Source of the DNA: Camelus dromedarius
Lineage: Eukaryota
NCBI RefSeq assembly: GCF_036321535.1
Contig: NC_087436.1
Span: 64,420,001-64,484,000 of the forward strand
Reading direction: 5' to 3'
DNA: 64,000 nucleotides
Position 1 is the stretch's first letter. Every line of letters starts with the position of its first letter. Shown piece by piece: positions 1 to 13,146 of the stretch. The notes under the pieces are model-generated. The model saw only the letters and a program-made list of their open reading frames with translations. It ran no database searches and was not told the origin of the DNA. The position numbers and the translations under genes are program-made.

Positions 1-350
1 GTATGAGAGTTCCTGTTGTTCAAATTTTCACCAGCATTTAGTGATGCATGTGTTCTGGTTTTTGGTCATTCCAGTGTGTATATGGTAGTATCTAGTTTTA
101 TTTTTCATTTCTCTAATAAAGTGATGTAAAGCATCTTTTCATATGCTTATTTGCCATCTGTGTATCTTCTTTAATGAGATGTCTGTTAAGGTCTTTGGCT
201 CTTTTTTAAATTGTATTATTTTTAAGAGTTATTTTATATTTGGGATAACAGTCCTGTATCAGATGTTTCCTTTGTAAGTATTTTTTCCCAGTCCGTGGAC
301 TATCTTTTCCTTCTATTGATGTTGTTTTTCACAGAGCAGAAGTTTTTAAT
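1..350 (-). mobile_element. LINE-1 (L1M-type) fragment, 3' ORF2 region
   Basis: Typical antisense L1 text: gagagttcctgttg, gcatcttttcatatgcttatttgccatctgtgtatcttcttt, agagcagaagtttttaat. Confidence 0.85.
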
Positions 351-769
351 CTAGGGTTTCAGTGTGTTGCTTTTAAAAATTGGGGAATGAAATCTGAATG
401 TATTTTTAAGTTGAAGACAGCTCTTAATGAGTGAGTTTCTGTTCTGCAATGTTGAAATGAGATGCATTTCTTTCTAGGTCACTAAGCTATCCAAGTTAAA
501 GATTTGTCTCCATTGTCATTCCTATTGCTCACAGATATCATTTGTATTAGGAGGATTTAGGGTTTTTTCTTCTTTTCTTTTCCTCTTCTTTTTTTTGGGG
601 AGGGGGGAGTTTAAAAAAGTCCTTCCATGCTGAGTAATCCTCTTTCAAGTCTGTGAAGCTACATGTCTATTATGCCACGTTTCTATTCTCTAATGAGAGG
701 AGAAAGAATAGTCTAGAATATGAAACATCATTGCCTTTTATTAATGAACAAGGGAGGAAAATGAACAAA

Positions 770-990
770 CTGACATTTATTTAGTAGCTGCTATGTGCCA
801 GGCACTGTGAAGTACCTAACGTATCATTTCAATTACTTCTCATCTAATTCAGACATTTAGATACTGTTTCAGTTTTATTGATGAGGAAATCAAGGCCTAT
901 TGGATGTGGTAATTTTCAAAAATAATTTTACACCTAAAAAGTACTAGGGATATGTAATAAGAACACAGTTTCCTATGACTTTAGTCATTC
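770..990 (-). mobile_element. MIR SINE
   Basis: catttattt...tatgtgccaggcactgt...gatgaggaaatcaaggc resembles the reverse MIR core. Confidence 0.75.
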
Positions 991-1719
991 CTTCCCTGTA
1001 TTCTATATACTATCTTTCTCCCTTTTGAGTTCTTTAAATTATAGGAATAATGTTTTCTAACAAAACCACATCATAGCCCTTTAAAGTAACCACTTTTAAC
1101 AATTTTATTGCTGCATATAGTAACTATATAAGAAAGTGGGATCTTACTGTATTTATTGCTGTACATATAGAGCAGTTGAAATAGATATTTGTAGTTAAAA
1201 TATATTTTGGAAATGAATGCTAGTAAATATACTGCTATCTCATTCTTTTTAATAGCTATATATGGAAGTATAATATTATTTACTAATTAATGAAAAAGTC
1301 AAACTCAAAAAAATTTATGATAATATGATTATAAGATATATATCCCTCTAGTATTTGGTATTTTATTAATAAGATGAAGGTTTGTAATTAATTCATCCTT
1401 AATAGCAGCAACATCTAAATTTGCCAAATTTTTAAGGCTTTGGGTCTATTTTTATTCTCTGATATGCTTATCTTTTATTTGTATGCCTTCATTTGTTAGT
1501 ACATTTATAGGTTGAACTTTGCTTTGTCTTTTTATATTATCCTTTATTTTTTAGAGAGCCTTTATTTCTTTTGCTAGATCTACAGGTTATTCATATATTT
1601 TGTGCAAGGGTTTAACCTTTTGTCACATCTCTTTATTTGGATGATTTATTGTTTTTTTTTAAAGCACTTAGCAAAACACAGAATGCCTTTTGGGCTAACC
1701 TCAGTGATTGGTTATCTTA

Positions 1720-1860
1720 TTATTTTACATCCTTTGTTGTTTCAAATAAAAGTTTTAGAGAGTCCAATTCCTATTTTACAGATAAGAAAATTAGTGTATC
1801 AATTCCAATGTTCTTTGACCTGTCAATAGCAAAATTAGAACCAGAACCAAGCACTTTCTA
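1720..1860 (-). mobile_element. MIR fragment
   Basis: ctattttacagataagaaaatt...attagaaccag. Confidence 0.55.
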
Positions 1861-2656
1861 GTTAGTATCTTCAGAAGATACTGCTCTGTGGACTTGAGTC
1901 CACACTCAGTTTACTTTCCTGTTACAGTGATCTTTCATATTTTAGGAGGGAATTGTGATTCTTGTTCCAGTAAAGATGACAAAGATTTACTGATCTAAAC
2001 TTGTTTAAGCTTCACTGTGACCTTTTTCAGAATGGGCAGTTGGAGTTGGAGCTGCAGCTATTGTAAGGTATCTTATCTGCTCTTTTTGAAGAGTACTGTA
2101 TCCAGTTAACAATAACAACTTATATATTGTAACTAGCTAACAGTGTGAAAATAGAGAAGCAATTTAAATCTAACAAGGGAAATACTTTTATTACTTTGTC
2201 TTGAACAATAGTAAATTATTCATATGACTTCTTATGTTACCTGGATATACAATGAAAATTTATCAAGGAGTATATCAATAAAATAAAATGCCATTTTATA
2301 AACTATAATCAAAATTAGACTGATTCTATCTCAAAATACTTATTACTTTTTAAGAAGTAAGTTGTAACTATGGGTAACATGTACTCAGTAACATTAGAAA
2401 AAAGTTTATTGAATGAAAGTGTATTATAAGGCTTCCAAAATTTGACCAGGTTCAGTATGCAACGATATTATCAGCACTCTTAATCTTGGCTGAAGTTACT
2501 CCATTTTATATTTTTTGTAATGATATATTCCTAAAACTTAAATAGTAAGTTCCAATTTTAATGTTTATACCACAATGTTTATTTTAAGAGGTATGACTAC
2601 TGGCTTTCATGTTTTTGTAATGTTTTGGTATTTTCATTTTAATATGTTTTCTGTGG

Positions 2657-2726
2657 GTTTTTTGTTGTTGTTGTTGTTGTTTTGTTTTGTTTTGTTTTGT
2701 TTTGTTTTGTTTTGTTTTGTTGTTTT
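2657..2726. repeat. Compound microsatellite (GTT)n-(GTTTT)n
   Basis: Directly visible. Confidence 0.95.
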
Positions 2727-4199
2727 GGAATTTTTTTGGTCATAAAGCTGACCACCAAGTGAACTAAATGAATAAATGGTATTAATTTGACCTGGATACT
2801 TATCAATTGAAGAAGACAACTTGACTTTTTAAATACAAGGTCATGATGGAGATCATACTTCACCTTAACCATAGTACATAAAATAATTAAAATAAAATAA
2901 AATGTGAAAATTAATTTGGACCCTATATATTTATATATGAAGTGGTAGTGAGTTGGTAAAAATCTATGCTTATTCTGGACACTGAATGATAAATAATTTT
3001 AAGAAAGGTATTTTTAAAATATGTTTGGTTGCTTAGGGAAAACAAAAAGGCATAATAGAAAAATACAGCCAGGGATCAACAAAAGGACAAAGATTTAAAT
3101 AATATAATCAACCTCAATCATTGTGATTCTCAAACAAAATTTTTTTTTTTCTTACTAATTTGGTTGTTTTAAAATGTTGGGAGGAAAGGTTTTAACTTAT
3201 GGAGGCACTTTCCATATGAGAATGAGGTTAGAAATCTTAGCAAATCATTATTAACAGTCCATTAGAAAGTAAAAATAATTCTTCTGGGGGATCATATTGC
3301 AAGGGTAATTGCAATCCCCAAACAACACAAATGGGATGATGAAAACTGATAAACAAACTGATACATGTGCACCAATGACTTAAATCCTTTTTACTGTTTC
3401 CTAAATCACTAAAATATCACTAAATATATGATATTCTTTATTAAATCAGTTAAAAAATAACTAAATTATTAACATTTCAGTGTCATTAATTGCTATATGA
3501 GAGCATTGCTAGTATACTATAGCTTTATCCAGCAGCTGCAATTTTGAAGATATATTTAAATGGTAATGCTTTTAAGATTTGGGATGAAAATTATTCATAG
3601 AGAGACTACTATTTTGGGGGGTAGTGCTTAAACCATTTATAAATAATGTTTTTAAAATAAATTACTTTTAAGATAATTTTAATAATGTTTTAAAAATAAA
3701 AATTTTATTAAAAATGAAAACATTTAAGTCAAAGAAGAAGAGGTAATTAATTATTACTTCTCAGACTTTCTGACAACATTTGTATATGCTCATTAAGAAG
3801 GAATTTAATACTCTAACAGAACTGGGAAATGTATAGGACAAAACATAATTTATTCTCTATGTTTTGCCAAGCATCTAAGGGATAGCCTTAGTAGAGATAA
3901 TGTCATCAGAATATTGCAGAATATTGGAATGTTTTTCTTGGTGGTGGTGGTGATTTTGCTTTTTGTTGTTATTAATTTTGCTTAGTTTTGTTTTAGATAC
4001 CAACATATGTGTGGAATGCAATGCTGTATTATTTTAAATTGGGGGAACTTTTACTATTAGTTAATCACAGAATGCATAGGATTTTAATAATTATTTTTCA
4101 TTTTGTTTTTTACCCAGTCTGAAAGTTAATGATAGCTACTATTGTTGAAATCAAAATAGAGGGTTCTTCGGATTGATTGCTTGAATAAAGCAAGGGAGA

Positions 4200-4373
4200 G
4201 CAAGCAGTGGCCTTCATTCCAAACTATGCCTGTTGTAACACAGCTTATTTATTTGTTTATTGTTACTGGAAATTTTCTTGCTACAATGACAGAGTTGAAT
4301 AGTTGTGACAGAGTCTGAAAGGGCCTAAAATTTTTACTATCTGACCTTTAAAGAAAACTTTTGCTGATTTCTC
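4200..4373 (+). mobile_element. MER58A-like hAT-Charlie MITE
   Basis: gctacaatgacagagttgaatagttgtgacagag...cctaaaatttttactatctgacctttaaagaaaacttttgctga resembles the MER58A 3' half. Confidence 0.8.
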
Positions 4374-6069
4374 AAAGAAATACATACATATATATCATAA
4401 ATAGGTCATCACCATATTATAGGATAGTAAAAATCATTATGTAGAAAAGTGTTTGGATATAGAACCTGTAAGTTCTTCTAAGATTATCTCTTTTTATGTT
4501 TCCCTGACTTATTTATATTTCTGTCATAATTATAATCACCCGTTTATTCTTCTAAGAGCATTTTTATATAATGGTAGCCAATAGAATAATTCATTAATGC
4601 ATTAATCAATTACTTAGCACTTACTGTGCACAAAAAAAGTATTAATGATAAAAGTGAATGATGTTGTTCACAATCCAAAGAGAGAGTCACAGATAATATA
4701 AATAAGCACATGCGTTATATGCACTAGACAAGATGTAGTCAGGCTGAAGAAAACTCAGCAACTCTGAATTGCAAGGAGCTCAAGCGTAACTTAAAATGAC
4801 TTACAGAGAAGGAATTTAGTCTTTTATCCGAAAGCCCCAGGTTTAATTGACTTTAGCTCTGTCTTCATCTAGGTGCCCAAGTGATGCAGTCAGATATCTG
4901 TCTTTTCCCACTTCTCTTGTCCTTTATGTTAGCTTCATTTTTAGGTATTAGCATATTGACTCCCAGCAGCACCAGACTTATGTGCTTGACCTTTCAATCT
5001 CAGTTTGAGTTTACCAGCAATCTCTTTTCCAGTGTGTTCAGCAGAAATTCCAAATTTGGATATTATAGACTTCTGTTGGATTGCAAGCCCATCCCTGATT
5101 GAATCACTGTGACCACAGAGATGCATTAGGCAGGCATTGGCTCACATGCCCAAATAGATTGAGAATATGAGCAAATGATTCTACAGAAGAATGTCCAGAT
5201 GCACTTGTAGGAGTGGGTGCTAGGTGGATATTAGATAATGACTACATTCAGTTAACCAAAAAGCTCTTCTAGGGGTACTTTTCAATAATGTACTAATTCT
5301 GTATACTTAGGATTTTCTTCAGTAATCTTTCTTCGAGATATTTTGGGCTAAAAAGAATGTGGCTTTTTTCTTTGGTGATGTACAATGAAAACATGACAGA
5401 GGACTACATAACTATTTTTTTGGTAAAATTTTGAATTTCTCATGTTATATGCACCCTTGTAATTATTTAACTTAGAAATTTGAAACATTAAAAAAAAACT
5501 TCTGTTTCTTTTATATCCCTGATAATGAAAATTACTGTAATGAATGTGACTTTTTTCATTAAGAGAAAAACTAAGTTTAAACTTTCTCTTAGTACCCCCA
5601 AATTTAGGTATGAATACAAGTATGACATGATTATTATAGTAACTTTGGTTGTCTTTTTCATTATTGTTGATGAGGTGAGTTTTAAATATTTCCAGATGAA
5701 TATATAAAACAGGATAATTGCTGTCTGACTTAAAATTTAAATATTAAAATGATTTTTGACAATTTTGTACTTCTTAGAATTCTGTTCCATTTCATATTCT
5801 ATTGCTTCCTGAAATAAATATTGTTATGAAATTTGTATTACAGTAAATACCTATAGTAAAATACCTGTGAGTCTACTTTGGAGAGAATATTTTTTAATAA
5901 TTGTGTACAAAAGTATATAAGGAGAAATGGAAAGGAAACAATGTTTTGATAATGTAGTTCTCCAAGAATCATCATCTTTCTGAATGAGCTGCCTTTCAGT
6001 ATTTTTTGTGTGTGTGTCTCCTGTTATCAGCACTATTAATACCTAAAAGAAAGTAGTGTCTTTGTGAGC

Positions 6070-6285
6070 AGTATTGTACTTACGCACACTATATGACTTG
6101 CCTCTTTTAATTCATACAGGAACTCTATGAAGTGTGGGTACAATTATCTCCATTATATAGATGAAGTGTTTGAAGCTTAGAGAGGTTAAGTAATTTATAT
6201 AAACTATAATAGCTAATTGACTGATTCAGGATTTATTCTCAAGTTTGCCTGATTTTAAGCAAATATTTTTAACATATGCAGGATT
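6070..6285 (-). mobile_element. MIR SINE
   Basis: aactctatgaagtg...tctccattatatagatgaag...gcttagagaggttaagtaattt. Confidence 0.78.
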
Positions 6286-7608
6286 GCCTCTAAATTATTT
6301 CTTGTCATGTAATCTGAAGGTCATACATTTGAAAAGCATTATAATAAAAGCAATAGTGTATACATAAAATCTTCAAAACAAATCTTTTATGATTGCATTT
6401 AATAGTAATGTGCTTCCTCAGGTTTACCATTAAGTCAAGTCAGTGTTAACTAAGTTAAATAAAATTTAAAAATAATTAAACAGTTTATAAAAGCAAAAAC
6501 ATTTTTACAGTAGGAAAAAATAATTAACCTAAAGTTTGAGTTACTTTTATGCAAATGCCTGTCTTTTATGCAAATAGTTCGAGATTGAGGTTGTGGTTAG
6601 TAGCAACTGAGACTTTCATTTTTCTCTAGATTGTTAAGTTCATTCAAAAATTTTGTAATCAGTGATTTCTATTTGCTCACCACTATGGTAAATTATGGTA
6701 TAAACTGACAAATTAGACCTCTGCATGAGTTAAGTTTCTCAATAAGATTTATTTTATTTTTCTTCTTATGGAACTCTAAGTATACAGTTGACTTGAATTT
6801 AATTCAAATAAAACAAATATAATGTTACCATAGCTTTAGGTTTTTAGTAAAAACATATATTTCCTTTGGATTTCTGAGATTCTGGATATATGTGGATTAT
6901 TTTTTACTCACTGGTTTAAAAGAAAAATACCTGCTTCCTTGTCAATGTTAAAATTCAAGATTGATGATTGACTTCATCCCACCTGTTCGGTTTTCCCAGT
7001 GGCTTTTGATGTTATTTTCTAAATTACGTTTTTAATGTTGAAATAAAACATTAAAACATGTTCACTTTATTGCCCAAAGGGCATTTATTATTTTAATGAA
7101 GCATACATTTCATCTTTCAGCAGATAGCAATACAAATTTTATGAATATCTTAGTGTTCTCTTTTGGTATCACCTATATGTGTAGATCAACATCTTAAAAA
7201 GCCTTTAAAAGATTAGTATGTATCTTTAGTTTTTCTCCATGAAATTAAACATATATGACAATTTGCTGAATGAAATAAAAATTTTCAATAAATGTATATA
7301 AATTGGTTGAAACATACAAAAACATACAAAAATATGTATTCTGTTACACTTTTTTCCATTGATGCATGCAATGAACTCAAATTCTTGAAGATTAGGGTAA
7401 ATATTTATTAGATCCTATATCCTTTAATTTTGGAATCTAAATTTTAAAACCACATATTACAATTACTGTGTAAATAAATTGTTTTGTTCCTAGGTAAAAT
7501 ACAAGTTGAGAGAAGGTTTTTCATATTTTTATCTTACTATTTTGTAAATTTTGGCAAGTTGAGATGTAGTAGTTATATGCTGCATTCCTAGAGTGGGTCT
7601 CCACTGAA

Positions 7609-7611
<3 letters not shown>

Positions 7612-7642
<31 letters not shown>
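7612..7642 (+). repeat. Poly(A) tract, A31
   Basis: 31 uninterrupted A. Confidence 0.95.
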
Positions 7643-7643
<1 letters not shown>

Positions 7644-8494
7644 CCAATGCTCTGTTAGAGTTGAAAGAATGAATTTCCTAACTTTAGCTCTTGCTCATGC
7701 TTAGTTAGCCATTGCAGCTACTTAATTTCTATCCCCTGCTGTTTCTCTCTCTGCTAAACTTCCACTGGTTTTCTAAGCTGGCGTGCTATCAATGTCAGTC
7801 TCTCAGTATTCTTTTCCCCTTATAAAAGGAGCAAGCACACCCTTGAGTTTGCACACTCTTGCGAAATATCTATCCTTTTGATGCCTTATATTTGTAAAAT
7901 GTGTTTACTTATCAAATGGATTGAAGTGCTTGAAATATGGTAACCAGTAAATAGCTTACGTGTTTTCTCATCTTTGCTTCTGTCCATTCTTGTACTTCCC
8001 TTTTAGGCTTCTCCATTTTTGTTCCATCATTTTTATGTAACTTGCTTTCAGCTGAGAAGCCACCAGAGTGGTAGAGTGGCTTTTCCTCAAGCTGATGCAA
8101 GTATTGCTCCATAATTAGACCATAGGGAATGCTACTAAAGGAAACGGCCACCTTCTTTCCCGCCTTTAGGGACTGCCTATCATCTATGCAAGACACTCAA
8201 ACTCTATAACCCTCAAAAGCTAATTCTGTAAACATACAGATATGCCTTAGGTAAATAAATGTTTGTTCATAATTGCATATCTTCAAAGGTGCATTGCCAA
8301 CTGATGGTAACTCAATATCTGACAGTATGGGAATTTTATTCACATAGCTGTTCTTCTCTCTAGAGACTCAGTTCTTTAAAATGTGTTATAAAAATTCCCA
8401 TTTAACATAAAAGCCAAGAAACCAGGTTGTCCTTTTAATTCCACAGGTAGCCAACTACCTAAAGCATTTCTTGTATTTACTCTTCTGAGAAATT

Positions 8495-8538
8495 TGAAGT
8501 ATAGTTGATATACAATATTGTGTTAGTTTCAGGTGTAG
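8495..8538 (-). mobile_element. Very short L1 3'-terminal fragment
   Basis: tgaagtatagttgatatacaatattgtgttagtttcaggtgta resembles a laurasiatherian L1 3' end in reverse. Confidence 0.6.
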
Positions 8539-9324
8539 TGGGTCTTTCTGATTAATTTTGAAAATGTCTCTTTGGAGAAAGAACAAACAACAACAACAAA
8601 ATCTGATTATACGAATGTGTGTGTACTGCATTGGAAATTGCTAAATATTACAGACTATGTATTAGAAAACCAAATGATGGATAACCAAGTTAATTATTTT
8701 AGCATATGAGATTTAGGCTTATATCTTAATCTCTTTAAGGACAACAGTAAACACTGGAGAGCAAAAGATGGGAATCCGTTTAACAGGGTGCTGCTGTCTG
8801 CCTCTCTGCCACGTTACAGCACAGTATAGCAGAGGAACAGTGCTTGTTGAAGGACACCAGAGCTTTATCAGCAGCCATTCAGAGCTCTTGTTGTGCACAC
8901 ATCAGTACTGAACCGGTGCTTCATGTGTCATTTTCCTAATGTAGATCAACTGTAACTTCTGCTCCTCTTATATTTTCTGTGGCTTTTGAGGTTCCACCAC
9001 CAGACGTTCAATTCCCAAACCTAGAGTCTGCCATGGTTTCTCCCTCTTTTAATTCCCTCACATTCCAATTATCAAGACCTTCCAGTTTTACTACCTTAAT
9101 TTTGTTTTTAATTCACCGATTTTTCTCCGTCTCTGCTATGCAATCCCTATGCCTGTAGGCCTGTACTTCACAGATTCATTTTCTACATGAATAGCAGATT
9201 AATCTCTATCAAAAGCAATGAGAACTTATTACTTCCTTGTTTATAACACATTCTATGATCCCACTTAACAAAACAGATCAAGTTTAGACTCATTTAATAA
9301 CTAGCTGGATAACCCTTATATAAA

Positions 9325-9470
9325 TCACAAATCCTCAAAGCCTTGTTTTTTCACATGTACATGTATATAGCCCTATTAGAGTCATTGTCATGATTAGACA
9401 AGATAATGCACAGAAAGCACGTTGCTCAATGCTGGGCAGAGAGGAAGCAATAAATACGTATTAGCCACTA
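9325..9470 (+). mobile_element. MIR 3' half
   Basis: gattagacaagataatgcacagaaagcac...aatgctgggcagagaggaagcaataaata. Confidence 0.6.
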
Positions 9471-9762
9471 TCGTATGTTAACATGTTACATAAAATCTCA
9501 CATTTGAGCCTTTGCTTGCCTCTCTGACCTCTTCTCTTGCCAGCCTGTGTCTCCTGCTCCAAGAATACCCAATGGCTTCTAGATCTCTGTATAACCATGC
9601 TGTTTCAATTTCCTTTCTCTTTTTATCTTCCTGAAATGCCTTCTCTGTTCTCCCATTAATTTCACCAAGATAACCATTACTCATCTCTTAACACTGAATT
9701 CTGATGTCATCTTGAGCAGGAAACTTGCCCTGAAAGCCCTTGTCCTATCTAGGTTAAACGAC

Positions 9763-10194
9763 TGTATTAATTTCCTAGAGCTGCTGAAACAAAGCACCAC
9801 AAACTAGGTGGCTTGAAACAACCAAATATATCCTATTGCAGTTCTGAGAGCCTGTAATGCTAAGATGTCATAAGGCCATGCTATCTTTGAAACTCCAGTT
9901 AGAATCCTTCCTTGCCCTCCTGGCTTCCTGGTACCATCAGTCCTTGGTACTCCTTGGTTTGCAGCTGCAGCACTCTATTCTCTGACTCTCGTGTTCTCCC
10001 TGTGTGTCCAGATCCCCCTCTTTTTATAAGGACACTCGTCGTATAGGATTAAGGGCCCACCTACATCCAGTCTGACCTCATTTTACCTAATTACATCTGC
10101 AACAAGTCTAATACCAAATGAGGTCACATTCTGAGATACTAAGGGTTAGCAGTTAAACATATCTTTTAGGGGGGACAGAATTCAACCCTTAACA
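9763..10194 (-). mobile_element. MaLR solo LTR, MLT1C-like
   Basis: TG..CA termini (tgtattaatttcctagagctgctg...aattcaacccttaaca); internal caccacaaactaggtggctt, tttttataaggacact, taattacatctgcaa, aggtcacattctgag. Confidence 0.9.
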
Positions 10195-12147
10195 GTGACC
10201 CTCAGGGGTCTTTTCATGTCACCTGTACATACAGGTATCATTGTACTTAACTAATTGTGTGTTAATAACCTGTTCATGTGTCTGCTCTAAAAGATTTCAT
10301 GCTCTTTAGTGCATATGCCAAGTCTAATCTATCTTTGTCTTCCTAGCACAGGACACATAGTAAGCTTTTAAAACATGTCAATTAAATGAACAAATTATTG
10401 TTCACTATTCAAAAAACAGGTCGTGTGAAACAAAATATTACAAGAATTGATAATGTCACATAATGCCTAATAATATAATTTTTATTTTCCCTTTACTACA
10501 AAGAGAAAGGAAATAGAAATACCTTTCACTGAAAACAAAGAGAATTTAGCTCTTTTCCCAAGATCCTCATTGTTGGTGCAGCCTTGGGGAAACTACTTAA
10601 TTTCTTTATGCTTATCTATAAAATATAAATGAAATAAGCATAACTTAGTGATTTATTTTCAGGTATTTATATTTTACACTTTCCATTCTAGAACCACTAG
10701 AGACTTAATTTAATCAGAAAGTAGCAGATACTTAAGAAGAGCCTGGTATGTCATGTTTAGTTTTTAATCTGTAGGAAATGAAGGGTCATGAAAATCAAGT
10801 GGGGATTATGAAAAAAGCTGAGTTAAAGCAGCAGTAGTGAAGCTGGTTAAGAAGGAATAGTGGAGATAAGAGAGAGCTCACACAGGGTATTGGGGCTGAT
10901 TATATATTGGGAGGAAGTAGAAAGAGGTTCAGGAAGCAGTTTTTTTGTTTATTTTTTGTTTTTGAGAAAAATGTTGAAATGTTTATTTGGTCTTATGTAT
11001 TGGTTATATAAGTTGTCCCAGAAATAGAAATGCAGATTATTCAAAGGTGATCAGGGGATCATTTTAGTTATAACCAAATGCTAAAACCTCACCTTTTTAT
11101 AGCTCTTTATGATATATAGGGCTTCCACACACATTTTTTCATGTGCTCTCTTAACAATTCCAAGATAACTGTGTAGCAGCTTTTATCTTCAGGAAGCATT
11201 GTTGATTGAATCTTTGAACACTCTAACAAATGCCAGGAATGATCCTTATTGATGCTGGAATCTCAAATTTCAGAATTTGGTCGAATGATGTTTTTGAAAA
11301 CATAGGAAGTTTTACCCGTCTTTCTTGTATATGTGTGCTTCAGTGACACCTCTGTTGAAGTTATTATACCTTGTAATTATAAAATATTTACATTTCCCTC
11401 ATGTTCCCCAACTTTATATTACCTTTGAAGTAGGAAGGTGAAACTCTGCCACAGTTGTTTTACATATGAGTAGAGTAAAAGTCAGAGAGATAAATGGTTT
11501 GCTTGCACAGTTATTACTTTGAAAATGATCTTTTGATTCAGAATCTTCTTAAACTAAAGCGTATATGCGGTTTTAATCTTACTTTCTCTGGCTACATCTG
11601 CATGTATTCATTCCCTTAGCTACTAAAAATCAACAAATGTTTCTTAGTCACTATCTATCTTTAGGAAGGTCTATTATAATAGTTGAATATATCCTTCGTA
11701 TTTGGAGATGGACATGATCTTAAAGTGCAGCACAATTCTCCTAAGCCCAAACTAAATAGTTTTCTATTTATGTCTCCATTAATCAAGAGTATTTTAATTA
11801 ATGTATTCATGAATAAGATCTAATGGAATAGTGATATAAAGATCACCGTATATTAATAATTTTAGTTGATAACAATCTTGTGTAAAGGAAGGAAAGCATA
11901 GTGTACAGTCCAAAGTGGCTTCTTTATTCTGAGTAGCTTTTGTACATTTAACCCAGTCGTTCAAAAGTGAAACCGTGAGGTTTGGATGTAGAATGCTTTG
12001 CTTGATTTTCTGTGGAGTTGTTTCATTTTATCTGGAATTTCAAATTAAAGACTTTTTAGAAAAGATTCATTTTATTTTTACCTTTTCAATAATTTAACTC
12101 TTACTATCTTTTGGTATTAACTATCATTTGTCTTTGACTCAGTAACT

Positions 12148-12330
12148 CAGCATTTATTGAGTACTTATAACTGTCCTGGGTTATATGTTGTGTTATCCTG
12201 TATATTACTGTTTTTAAGTCTTAAAATAATGATAGATTAACAGAAATTGAGGCCCTGAGAGGTTACATATCTTGTCTTGTTCTTCACAATAGCATAAGTT
12301 CAAATACATGTTTCTAAGCTTAATTCTAGG
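12148..12330 (-). mobile_element. MIR SINE
   Basis: cagcatttattgagtactta...gaaattgaggccctgagaggttacatatcttg. Confidence 0.65.
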
Positions 12331-13096
12331 ATATTTTCTTTATCGCTAATGTTATCTAGTCTCTTAACTGTGGATTTTTAAGTACCTTAAAATGGGTTCA
12401 CATTTCAAGCATTGTCAGTAACCTGAATACTACTTTTGCACATTTTGCATATTTTTAAAATATGTATAAAATTATTTGAATAATACAATATAAATCCATT
12501 TAAAAATAATAAGAATAAAATGACAACTTTGCATTGTAGACTTTTTCAATCAAAAAACAATAAAACTACAACTATTGTTCTACAGTAGAATGGTATTTTT
12601 CTTACAAAGGAGGCCTATGTTCTTGGAAACCATTGGCTTATATCAGAGCATTCTCCTAGTTAAGTGTTATGATATATATGAATAATGAAAAGTCTAGTAC
12701 TTAGTGGACACATAAGTAGGTATCATAAAAAACTTTATTTTTTATTGTATGTTTATTAGTTGTTATAAATATGTATGAAACTTTCCTTTCTCTAAAGGAA
12801 ACAGTTCTTAAAGGGCAATGTAATGACTGTTGAATTATACTGATATTTATTGATACTTTATTTCTCATGTTTAAGACATAAAGTAATGATTATATTTCAT
12901 TATAAAATTTTCTGAAACAGTGTATTAGGCATTCTACTGCATATTTTACTTGTATTCCATATATGTGATTTCATAATCATAAAAGAAACTTTAATAAAAC
13001 ATAAAATTATTTAACTTTAGAGGATTCAGTAGTACAAAGTTCTTTCACTTAAAATTCAAACTGTGTAGACTATTCATTAAATATCTGTCTGCTTGT

Positions 13097-13146
13097 CTAC
13101 CTATCTATCTATCATCTATCTACCTACCTACCTATCTACCTATCTG
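13097..13146. repeat. Imperfect (CTAT)n/(CTAC)n tetranucleotide repeat
   Basis: ctacctatctatctatcatctatctacctacctacctatctacctatct. Confidence 0.85.

Larger units (their letters stand above)
9010..10395 (+). mobile_element. Fragmented L2 LINE interrupted by a MIR and an MLT1 LTR
   Basis: L2-like pyrimidine-rich segments at about 9010-9300 and 9490-9762; L2 3' end cctagcacaggacacatagtaagc...taaatgaa at about 10340-10395. Confidence 0.65.

Noticed and set aside
2634..2872. Two minus-strand ORFs with KQNKT/N/T repeats
   Set aside because: Translation of the (GTT)/(GTTTT) microsatellite.
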